DNA from: Candidatus Zixiibacteriota bacterium
Lineage (GTDB): Bacteria; Zixibacteria; MSB-5A5; CAIYYT01
Length of the DNA: 40,894 nt
Reading direction: 5' to 3'
NCBI GenBank assembly: GCA_040235515.1
Contig: JBECKX010000016.1
Location: 1 to 40,894 of the forward strand
Numbering within the stretch: the first letter of the stretch is position 1; the number at the start of each line of letters is the position of its first letter. The position numbers were made by a program, and so were the translations under genes. Below the pieces are notes generated by a model. That model searched no databases and had not been told where the DNA came from. It worked only from the letters and a program-made list of their open reading frames with translations. Of this stretch, positions 9,391 through 16,913 are shown piece after piece.

Positions 9391-12030
9391 ATGATGGTGA
9401 AAATCCGACAGATGTGGCTGCTGTGTGTCCTCCTGCTGTTGATGGCGGGCGGGTCATCCGCAGAAGAGGTAAGCGGAAGTTTCCGGCTCGACCTGAATGA
9501 TCTGCGGCCACAGGCAATCAGGCGTGAGATGAACCGAACCGATGAGTCGTTTCAGGTCGGGATTGCGCTGTCGGGTGGAGGCGCCAGGGGCTTTGCGCAT
9601 GTTGGAGTGCTGCAGGCGCTCGAAGAACTGGGTGTCGATCTGGATGTTGTTGCGGGCACCAGCATGGGAGGGATTATCGGTGGTCTCTACGCGGCGGGGA
9701 TGAGCCCGGCTGAGATTCGTCAGGTTGCCAACGACGTCGATTGGTCCAGTTTCTTCTCGAACAAGCCACGCCGTCGCACGCAGTTGTTCACGCGACGGGC
9801 TGAGATTGAAGGCGCACTGCTGTCGGTACGCTTTGACGGATATTATCCTCAGATTCCAACAGCCCTGAGTACGGGTCAGAAGCTGGTCAACCTGCTGAGT
9901 GATCTGACGCAAACCTCCGGCTACTTTTCCGGGGGCGATTTCGCCAACCTCCCGCGCCGGCTCGTGATCGTGGCGACCGACCTGGTTTCGGGGGAGCGAA
10001 TCCTCTTCACCGAGGGTTCCCTGGTTGAAGCGATTCGCGCTACCATGGGAGTCCCGCTGGCGTTTACGCCGCTGGAGCGTGATGGCCAACTGCTGATGGA
10101 TGGTGGACTGTTGGAACCGATTCCGACACGCGCTGCCCGGGAGATGGGGGCCGATTTCATCATCGCGGTGAACACGACTTCCGACCTGCTGGCGGCTGAC
10201 GAGATCAGTGATCCGGTTGATATCGCTAATCAGACCACCACCATACTTTCTTCGGAAGTGCGCTCGAAGCTCCTTGCCATGTCCGATTTCGTCATCACCC
10301 CCCCGCTTGAGAACCTGAAGGCGACCGACTTCCGGGACCATGGAATCGCCTACGAGATAGGCTACGAGACGACGATGGCGCAAGCGGAGGAGTTGCTTGC
10401 CAGGCTACGGACGAGTCGCAGTGGCGGCGGGAAGTTTAAGATCGAGGGAGTGGACCTGCGCTGCCACAGCGATGAGAGCCACGGCGACTGTACGACGTTG
10501 CTCGATGCGATGTCGGCCTCGATGATTGACGTCGAAACTGACCGCTCCCGCGTAAGGGAACAGGTTCAGGAGCTGTTCCAGAGCGGCCGATTCTTATCCT
10601 TGAGTTATCAACTGACGCACGCAAGTGGGTCGGTGCTAGGAATTGATGCGGTACCGTTTCCGAAGATTGTGCGCGCGGAGCTGGAGGGGACAAAGGTTTT
10701 CGACAGTTCGGAGATACTCGCGGAGAGCGGCGCATTTCAGACGCCGGTCGCCGGAGTTGCCGATTTGTTGAGGCAGTATGATTCTATCCTGCGGCTGTAC
10801 CGCGACCGAGGTTATGACCTGGCGCGGGTAGACAGCGCGTACTACCGGTCAGAGGATTCCACACTGGTGATGAGCATTGCCGAGGGTCGGATATCAGGAA
10901 TCAGTGTGGAAGGAGCGAAGAAGACGCGCGATTGGGTCGTGACCAGTTACTTCCCGCTCAAGGCAGGCGATTTCTACAGCAAACCGAGAGCGATTCGCGG
11001 AGTGCAGGAGATTTTCAGCTCAGGGTTGTATGACAATGTGAACCTGCGGCTCGATGAGCGGGATGGTGGAGTCTGGATTACGATCATCGTGAAAGAAGCG
11101 AAGTTCACGTACGCCAGATTGGGGGCCCGCTATCATGAGGAGTTCCATCCCGAGTCATTCGTAAAAATCGGCTACGCCAACCTGTTCGGCACGGGGCATG
11201 AGCTGTCGGCTTACTCGAGATTCTCTGAGCAACGGAAGCTTTACCGGTTGCAGTTGCGGGCAGACAGAATCTTCCGCACATTCGTGACCTACAAAGTGCA
11301 GGGATATTATGCCAACAACAAGATAGGGCTCTACGACGGGGACGATCGCATCGGTCACAGAACCGATAAGCACTGGGGGGGACGCGTGGGTGTGGGACAG
11401 CAATTGTGGCGGTTGGGGTTGTTCGAAGTAACCGGTCGCTGGGAGCAGGTACGATTTACGCCACCCGGTGCGGAGGATCCGATCGAGCGGCGGGTGGTAT
11501 CGCTGATCGGCAGTCTCCACTACGACACGAAGGATCGCTTCACGTTTGCGCGGACAGGTTCGGTGCTTGAGGCCAGTGCAGAGGTTGCCAGCGATGTACT
11601 GGGTGGTGATGAGGTCTTTCGCAAATTCGAGGGCTCGCTGGAGCAGTTCTCCACGGTGGGACACAAACTAACTTTCCATCCCCGGGTTGCGATTGGTCTC
11701 TCGCAGGATGGTCTTCCGCTTTATGACAAGTTCTACCTCGGCGGTACGCGAACGTTCTTCGGCTACCGGACCGACCAGCTTGTGGGGGACAAGTACTTCC
11801 TTACCAACCTGGCGCTGCGGATCGGGCCGATCTTCAGTTTCTACCTCACCGGCCGCTACGATTTCGGGGAAGTCTTCGGGCGCTTCGAGGAGGTACGTTT
11901 CAAGGACTTGCGTCATGCCTGGGGAATGGAGCTTGCGCTTGATACACCGCTGGGCCCCTTCTCGATTGCCTACGGTCGGGCTGAGGCAAGCCTGGACAAC
12001 ATCTATCTCAACCTCGGCTACGATTTTTAG
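9391..12030 (+). CDS. Patatin-like phospholipase fused to POTRA domains and an Omp85/BamA-type barrel (PlpD-like, type Vd)
   Basis: Signal peptide; LSGGGARG, GTSMG and DGG patatin motifs; POTRA-like segments (YRDRGY, ISVEGAKKTR...SGLYDNV); ANLFGTG, FYLGG...FFGY, DTPLGP and terminal LNLGYDF. Confidence 0.9.
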   Translation: MMVKIRQMWLLCVLLLLMAGGSSAEEVSGSFRLDLNDLRPQAIRREMNRTDESFQVGIALSGGGARGFAHVGVLQALEELGVDLDVVAGTSMGGIIGGLYAAGMSPAEIRQVANDVDWSSFFSNKPRRRTQLFTRRAEIEGALLSVRFDGYYPQIPTALSTGQKLVNLLSDLTQTSGYFSGGDFANLPRRLVIVATDLVSGERILFTEGSLVEAIRATMGVPLAFTPLERDGQLLMDGGLLEPIPTRAAREMGADFIIAVNTTSDLLAADEISDPVDIANQTTTILSSEVRSKLLAMSDFVITPPLENLKATDFRDHGIAYEIGYETTMAQAEELLARLRTSRSGGGKFKIEGVDLRCHSDESHGDCTTLLDAMSASMIDVETDRSRVREQVQELFQSGRFLSLSYQLTHASGSVLGIDAVPFPKIVRAELEGTKVFDSSEILAESGAFQTPVAGVADLLRQYDSILRLYRDRGYDLARVDSAYYRSEDSTLVMSIAEGRISGISVEGAKKTRDWVVTSYFPLKAGDFYSKPRAIRGVQEIFSSGLYDNVNLRLDERDGGVWITIIVKEAKFTYARLGARYHEEFHPESFVKIGYANLFGTGHELSAYSRFSEQRKLYRLQLRADRIFRTFVTYKVQGYYANNKIGLYDGDDRIGHRTDKHWGGRVGVGQQLWRLGLFEVTGRWEQVRFTPPGAEDPIERRVVSLIGSLHYDTKDRFTFARTGSVLEASAEVASDVLGGDEVFRKFEGSLEQFSTVGHKLTFHPRVAIGLSQDGLPLYDKFYLGGTRTFFGYRTDQLVGDKYFLTNLALRIGPIFSFYLTGRYDFGEVFGRFEEVRFKDLRHAWGMELALDTPLGPFSIAYGRAEASLDNIYLNLGYDF

Positions 12031-12159
12031 CCTCCCTCTGCCGCGATCGGGCTAAGCGCAGGGCCAAATCGCAGTTTTACGTATCGCGCCTCTCTGCGTC
12101 TTTCTTATATCCGAGTTAACCGACATTGAAACTTGTTTCACGATTCCAGGGTAGGTTGT

Positions 12160-12699
12160 ATGGCAGTTAGTGAAGGCTTTCTCGAGTATGTGATGGAGAG
12201 ACTGGAGCGATTGGGAACGGTTACTGCTCGAAAAATGTTTGGTGGAGTAGGGTTGTACTTTGAGGGGACATTCTTTGCGCTCATCGATGACGATGTTCTC
12301 TATTTCAAGGTAGATGAGCAAAACGAGTTGGAGTACCGGCGTGCCGGAATGGAGCCATTTCGCCCGTTCGGAGCGGATTCCTACTCGATGAAGTATTACG
12401 CGCTGCCGGAGAATGTGCTCGACGACGACGGCGAGTTGCATTCCTGGGCGCAGGGGGCGATTGCGGCGGCGAAGCGGAAAGGCCGAAGACGCGGAAGCAC
12501 GGGGGGAGATCGGAAATCAACCGGCAAGGCTGTGAGGCAACCCACAGCGCTGACAACCAGGAAGAAGGAACCGAATGAGAAGCCACGCAAACCGAAAGGC
12601 CGACCGGAAGGCAAACCACAAAGCAAGCAACGGGGCAAGCCAACCGGCGGAAGGCGCAAAAGCAGCGGTGGTAAGCACAGAACAGGCGCAGCGGAGTGA
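12160..12699 (+). CDS. TfoX/Sxy N-terminal domain protein with a long Lys/Arg/Gly-rich tail
   Basis: RKMFGGVGLY...FALI.DDVLYFKVD...F.PF...MKYY.LP TfoX_N signature, followed by ~70 aa of basic low-complexity sequence. Confidence 0.85.
   Translation: MAVSEGFLEYVMERLERLGTVTARKMFGGVGLYFEGTFFALIDDDVLYFKVDEQNELEYRRAGMEPFRPFGADSYSMKYYALPENVLDDDGELHSWAQGAIAAAKRKGRRRGSTGGDRKSTGKAVRQPTALTTRKKEPNEKPRKPKGRPEGKPQSKQRGKPTGGRRKSSGGKHRTGAAE
12587..12646 (+). repeat. Degenerate 12-bp tandem repeat x5 (GCAARC-like start) in the TfoX tail
   Basis: gcaaaccgaaag gccgaccggaag gcaaaccacaaa gcaagcaacggg gcaagccaaccg; encodes RKPK/GRPE/GKPQ/SKQR/GKPT. Confidence 0.6.
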
Positions 12700-13153
12700 C
12701 TGGATATCCCGCATCCGCAAACTGCCTGAACTACTGAACAACGCCGTCAGCGGACTCAACGACGAGCAGCTCAACACGCCCTATGGCGAGGGGAAGTGGA
12801 CGATTCTGCAGTTGGTACATCACCTGGCGGATTCACACATGAATGGGTTTGTTCGGATGAAGCTGGTGCTTACCGAGAACAAGCCAACGCTGAAGACCTA
12901 CGAACAGGATGCCTGGGCGCGCACGCGTGAGGCGGAGTACTATCCCCTGCTCTCTTCGCTGCATATCATCAATGGCCTGCATGAGCGCTGGTGCAGCCTG
13001 CTGGAGTCGCTGCCGCAAAGTGCGTGGGAACGGAAGGCGATTCATGCCGAGTGGGGGGAAGTCACACTCGAACAGTTACTGCAGAACTACGCTGAACATG
13101 GCGAACTGCATCTGCGGCGTATTCTGGAACTACGCGAAGCGCGGGGTTGGTGA
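12668..13153 (+). CDS. YfiT/BstA family (DinB superfamily) bacillithiol transferase-like metalloprotein
   Basis: LNDEQLNTPYGEGKWTILQLVHHLADSHMN, KLVLTENKPTLKTYEQDAW and YAEHGELHL. Start is uncertain (GTG 12668 or ATG 12575) and overlaps the TfoX tail. Confidence 0.85.
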   Translation: MVSTEQAQRSDWISRIRKLPELLNNAVSGLNDEQLNTPYGEGKWTILQLVHHLADSHMNGFVRMKLVLTENKPTLKTYEQDAWARTREAEYYPLLSSLHIINGLHERWCSLLESLPQSAWERKAIHAEWGEVTLEQLLQNYAEHGELHLRRILELREARGW

Positions 13154-13161
13154 GTAAATGA

Positions 13162-13196
13162 CTCCACCGGACCGGTCAGCAGCCGATCCGGTGGAG
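13162..13196. terminator. Hairpin between convergent genes (likely bidirectional terminator)
   Basis: ctccaccgga...tccggtggag is a perfect 10-bp stem; no long U-tract. Confidence 0.55.
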
Positions 13197-13224
13197 AATA
13201 CCAGGGTAAGACCTGTGCGCCCGG

Positions 13225-14415
13225 TTAGATACCGATGATAAAGCCGGTTGAGAGGCGAGTCTCCTCGGTCTCCAGATCGTAACGAATTTCTCCAACCAGC
13301 CTCAGATTGGTTCGCAGCATGTGACCGACATGACCGGCGACGCTGCGATACTTGAGATCGGTTTGATCCGACTCGACCCAGTTGAAGAGCCCGGCGGCGT
13401 ACCAGCGTGAACGGTCCCCTTCGGGCCAGTAGATCAGTTCAGCGAATCCACCTCGCGTTTCCAGTTTGATATCGTCGTTCTCTCCGGCGACGGTGAACTC
13501 GGGGTTGTCGTCGCGACGCTCGATGAATTGCAGATTGAGCGTGACTTTCTCCAGCGCAATGGTGGCATCGGGGCCGATGAACCACACTTCATTGGTGTTA
13601 GGTTCACCCTCCTTGCCGTAGTAGCCGAAGCCGCCGAGGCGGAGGTACTCACCGACATCCTGTGAAATGCGCCCCACGAAGCATTTGTATTTATCATCAT
13701 CGTAGACACGGAATGATCCAGCTTCCGACAGACCGTTGCCGTTGACGATCTCGACAATGACATCAGTCCCCGATTCGAAACCATAGGTCAGCATGATTCC
13801 GCGATCGTAGGCCAGGTTGATCTGTGACGAGCCGGGCCGAACGGTGTAGATGTGATAATCCTCCAGCGGCAGGCGCAACTCTCGCTTGAAGAGCGGGTCG
13901 GAGACCTGGAACTGGCCGACATAGAGATCGAGTTCGCTGTTGAAGAGATCATTGAACATCAGGAAGGCGTCCTCGACGCCGGCCACCTCACCCCGTTCAT
14001 TCATGTAGAAATAGAAGTAGTAGGCGAGGTTGGTCGTCAACGAGCCGCCGGAAAGCAGCTTCACCAGATAAGGTGAGGTGAAGTCGATGTCCTGTTCGGT
14101 TTCGCTGTTGTACTGAAGGTGGCCTTCGAGACGAACCGCGATCGGAAAGTCACGAATGAGCGAGAGGTTGCGGTCACCGGTATCGACGAAGTAACGCGGA
14201 GCATCCTTATCTTTCAGTACAAAGCCATTCCCGGCAAATTCATCACCATAATCCTTGAGTGAAGGAAATGGTGCGTGGCAGGTCGTGCAGGACATGTTGT
14301 ACTTGCGCGCGAAGGCGGGAATGGCGTAGAGATCATCGTTCAGGAAGAGTGTAAATGCCGTGGCGAGGATGAAGGTCAAAGTCGTGAGCACGATAGCAGT
14401 ATAGAGTTTTCGCAT
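13225..14415 (-). CDS. Cyc2-like fused monoheme cytochrome c / outer-membrane beta-barrel porin
   Basis: Signal peptide, then AIPAFARKYNMSCTTCHAPFPSLKDYGDEFAGNGF, matching the Cyc2 AxPxFAR[K/Q][Y/T]xxxCxxCHxxxPxL motif. The remainder is porin-like amphipathic strands (YFYFY, LYVGQF, RLGGFGYYG). Confidence 0.8.
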   Translation of the reverse strand: MRKLYTAIVLTTLTFILATAFTLFLNDDLYAIPAFARKYNMSCTTCHAPFPSLKDYGDEFAGNGFVLKDKDAPRYFVDTGDRNLSLIRDFPIAVRLEGHLQYNSETEQDIDFTSPYLVKLLSGGSLTTNLAYYFYFYMNERGEVAGVEDAFLMFNDLFNSELDLYVGQFQVSDPLFKRELRLPLEDYHIYTVRPGSSQINLAYDRGIMLTYGFESGTDVIVEIVNGNGLSEAGSFRVYDDDKYKCFVGRISQDVGEYLRLGGFGYYGKEGEPNTNEVWFIGPDATIALEKVTLNLQFIERRDDNPEFTVAGENDDIKLETRGGFAELIYWPEGDRSRWYAAGLFNWVESDQTDLKYRSVAGHVGHMLRTNLRLVGEIRYDLETEETRLSTGFIIGI

Positions 14416-14428
14416 TTTGTCCACCTCT

Positions 14429-15817
14429 CTACGGTAGCACTTCGACCGAAGTCGAATGGGTATTCACGACGATGATTTCGGCTTCCTCAGCCGGAACTTC
14501 CAGAAAGTCGGCGACAGGTTTCACCAACTTCTGGTAGTTAAGAGTGGCGGCAATCTTCATCGGTCCCGGAGCGGCATCAACGGGAACTGTAAAGGTGAAG
14601 GTCTCAAGTTTGGTCTCGCGCGGCCCGATCCGGTAATCAACACCCAGGGTTTTGGTGTTCCATTGCTGGATCGTCATGCGACCCTGCGGATCGAAGTATG
14701 GCATCCGGAAGATACGATCGCCGACCGGCACACCGTCACGCTGCACCCCTGCAAAGGAATCATCGCCGAGCGCGATGCCCATATCCTGATAAGCAAGCAC
14801 ATCAGCGGCGATGGTGTACTCCTCCCCTTCGAAGCCCTTCTTGTCCACAGGTATGTGGTACTTGTTGCCCTTCGAATCGGTGGCTTCGACATGGAGCCAG
14901 ACGATGCGGTCCTCAACTGAGCCTGTCGGGAATTTGTGCCCCGTCTTCTGATTGAAAAGCGCCACGGTCAGCTTGACCGGCTCGCCCGGAACGACTTCCC
15001 TGATATCGGGGTGGATTCGCAGCTCGATTGTGCCGCGGACTTTGCCCGGATCGTGGGCACCGTGAAACAGATGCTGGCGGACATCGGGGTAGGAATTGCC
15101 CATCGAAGCGCTCACTCCGGGTGCATAGGTCATGTGACAATCGTGGCAGACGACGCCCTCGGCTGCATAGGGGCCTTCCTTCCATTCCAGATGGGTTGAT
15201 TTCACCCAGGCGCCGTACGGTGATTTTTCGTTGTGACAGGTTCCGCAGAATTCTGCGGTGCCGAGGAACTCCGACTTCGCCATATTGTGGGCAGGAGAAT
15301 CTCCTTCGGCTCGCGGGCCATACTTGAGATCGCCCGGCTCGGATATCCAGTTGAAGTTGAACGGCGTATCCCCCTCGAAGCCGGTAATGACGTGGCAGAC
15401 TTCGCACGACACACTCTCGTTGGCGCGGCTTCCTTCCGCCGGGTGAGGCGGTGGGACATCGCCTGCGAGAAACGACAGTGGTGCATGACAGCCGTTGCAG
15501 CCGGCTTTGACGCCGGCGACCATCTCGTCTTTTTCTGCGTGTGGGACTGCGAGTTTGAAGTACTCGATTTCATCCCAGTGGTGCGTGTAGGCCTGTGACA
15601 TCATTGCCTGCTGCCACTGCCGATAGATATCGGTATGGCAGGATGTGCCGCAGAAATCGGGAGTTTCGTATTCATCGTATTGCCTTGTGCCCAGCGCTTC
15701 CTCGCCCGCTTTGGTTTCTGCATTCAAAGCAGCGTTTGCAAACAGGAGCGCGACAAGCGCCAAGCCGACAACAGCAATCCTTGCCAGGCTTCTCGAGGTT
15801 CGGTGATTCCAGTGCAT
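14429..15817 (-). CDS. Periplasmic multiheme cytochrome c (4 CxxCH + 1 CxxxCH; c554-like family) with a C-terminal beta-rich domain
   Basis: Signal peptide; CGTSCH, CNGCH, CEVCH, CGTCH, CHDCH; HLFHG and GHKFPTG motifs. Confidence 0.88.
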   Translation of the reverse strand: MHWNHRTSRSLARIAVVGLALVALLFANAALNAETKAGEEALGTRQYDEYETPDFCGTSCHTDIYRQWQQAMMSQAYTHHWDEIEYFKLAVPHAEKDEMVAGVKAGCNGCHAPLSFLAGDVPPPHPAEGSRANESVSCEVCHVITGFEGDTPFNFNWISEPGDLKYGPRAEGDSPAHNMAKSEFLGTAEFCGTCHNEKSPYGAWVKSTHLEWKEGPYAAEGVVCHDCHMTYAPGVSASMGNSYPDVRQHLFHGAHDPGKVRGTIELRIHPDIREVVPGEPVKLTVALFNQKTGHKFPTGSVEDRIVWLHVEATDSKGNKYHIPVDKKGFEGEEYTIAADVLAYQDMGIALGDDSFAGVQRDGVPVGDRIFRMPYFDPQGRMTIQQWNTKTLGVDYRIGPRETKLETFTFTVPVDAAPGPMKIAATLNYQKLVKPVADFLEVPAEEAEIIVVNTHSTSVEVLP

Positions 15818-15971
15818 TCCAGATCTCCTTTCAGAACGGGTGGATTGATCCGCTCCAATGCGTAACTCTGTTCAACGCCCGGTAGTCCGCACTTTGTCAC
15901 TAAATGTCGATTTTCTACTCTTTTGTCAAGTTAATGTGCGCTCAAAGGTCGGGTTGCCGGCTGAAATCCAG

Positions 15972-16841
15972 CTAGGCAGCTTTCGGCTTGCGGCGTTCGG
16001 TCGCGATGAGAACGCCGGTGAGGATAAGGAATCCACCGGCAATGAATGTGAGCGAGAGGGTTTCTCCGAGGATGATGTAGCCGAGCGCGAACGCGACGAG
16101 CGGCTCGAGGAAGGTCATCAGTGACAGGGCAACTGCACCCACGCGTTTGAGGAGGTAGTACCAACCCATGAAGGCGAGGCCGGTACCGAAGATTGCGAGA
16201 TAGAGGATCGAAGTGACGCCCGCAGTGTTGAGTTCGAGGTTGAGGAAATCCTCGGTTGCCAGCATAATCGGGATGAGCAGCAGGAGGCCAGGAGGAATCT
16301 GGATAACCGAGAGGTGTGCGGGATGGATGTCGTCGAGGTCACGTTTGATTTTGACGGTTGCCCATGAACATGACGCCGAACTGAGGACCAGTGAGCACAT
16401 GCCGAGGAAGGAACCATGGAGGTCGAGGTCGGCTGAAAACAATACGATCACTCCGAAGAATCCGATCAACTGGCCGGTGATGATGCGGCGGGTGAGGCGC
16501 TCGTTGGTGTCCATGAAGTGCGCGAAGAGTCCGGTGAAGAATGGCATGGTCGCGAAGATTACGGCGGCCAGCGCGGAGGGTATCGATTGTTGACCGAAAT
16601 AGATGAAGGCGAAGTTGAAGCCATACATGAAGAGGCCGGCCAGGAAGATGTCCTTCCAGATACCTGGCCGTGACGGGGCCCTGAAGCGCCAGATGCGAAA
16701 GAGGATTCCGAGTACGATCAGGGCGATGATGAAGCGGAGCACGGCGCTGGTGAAAGGAGGCATATTGTTGATGCCGATCTTGATGGCGATCCAGGTGGAT
16801 CCGAACATCAGCAACGTGACTATGTAGATGACGATCAACAT
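15972..16841 (-). CDS. EamA/DMT family transporter
   Basis: About 10 TM helices in two repeats; GSTWIAIK...PPF...LRF, YLAIFGT and LEPLVA...GE. Confidence 0.9.
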   Translation of the reverse strand: MLIVIYIVTLLMFGSTWIAIKIGINNMPPFTSAVLRFIIALIVLGILFRIWRFRAPSRPGIWKDIFLAGLFMYGFNFAFIYFGQQSIPSALAAVIFATMPFFTGLFAHFMDTNERLTRRIITGQLIGFFGVIVLFSADLDLHGSFLGMCSLVLSSASCSWATVKIKRDLDDIHPAHLSVIQIPPGLLLLIPIMLATEDFLNLELNTAGVTSILYLAIFGTGLAFMGWYYLLKRVGAVALSLMTFLEPLVAFALGYIILGETLSLTFIAGGFLILTGVLIATERRKPKAA

Positions 16842-16913
16842 TGGTGGTTGCGCTGCAGGCTGGGCGTGGTGGTGGCGTCGCTGCGCTCTCGTTGCAGTTG
16901 CAGGCTGAGCGGA

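Noticed and set aside
9454..10383. 309-aa minus-strand ORF inside the patatin gene (similarly 161-946 and 37177-37953)
   Set aside because: Antisense to well-supported genes in GC-rich DNA, with no recognizable motifs.
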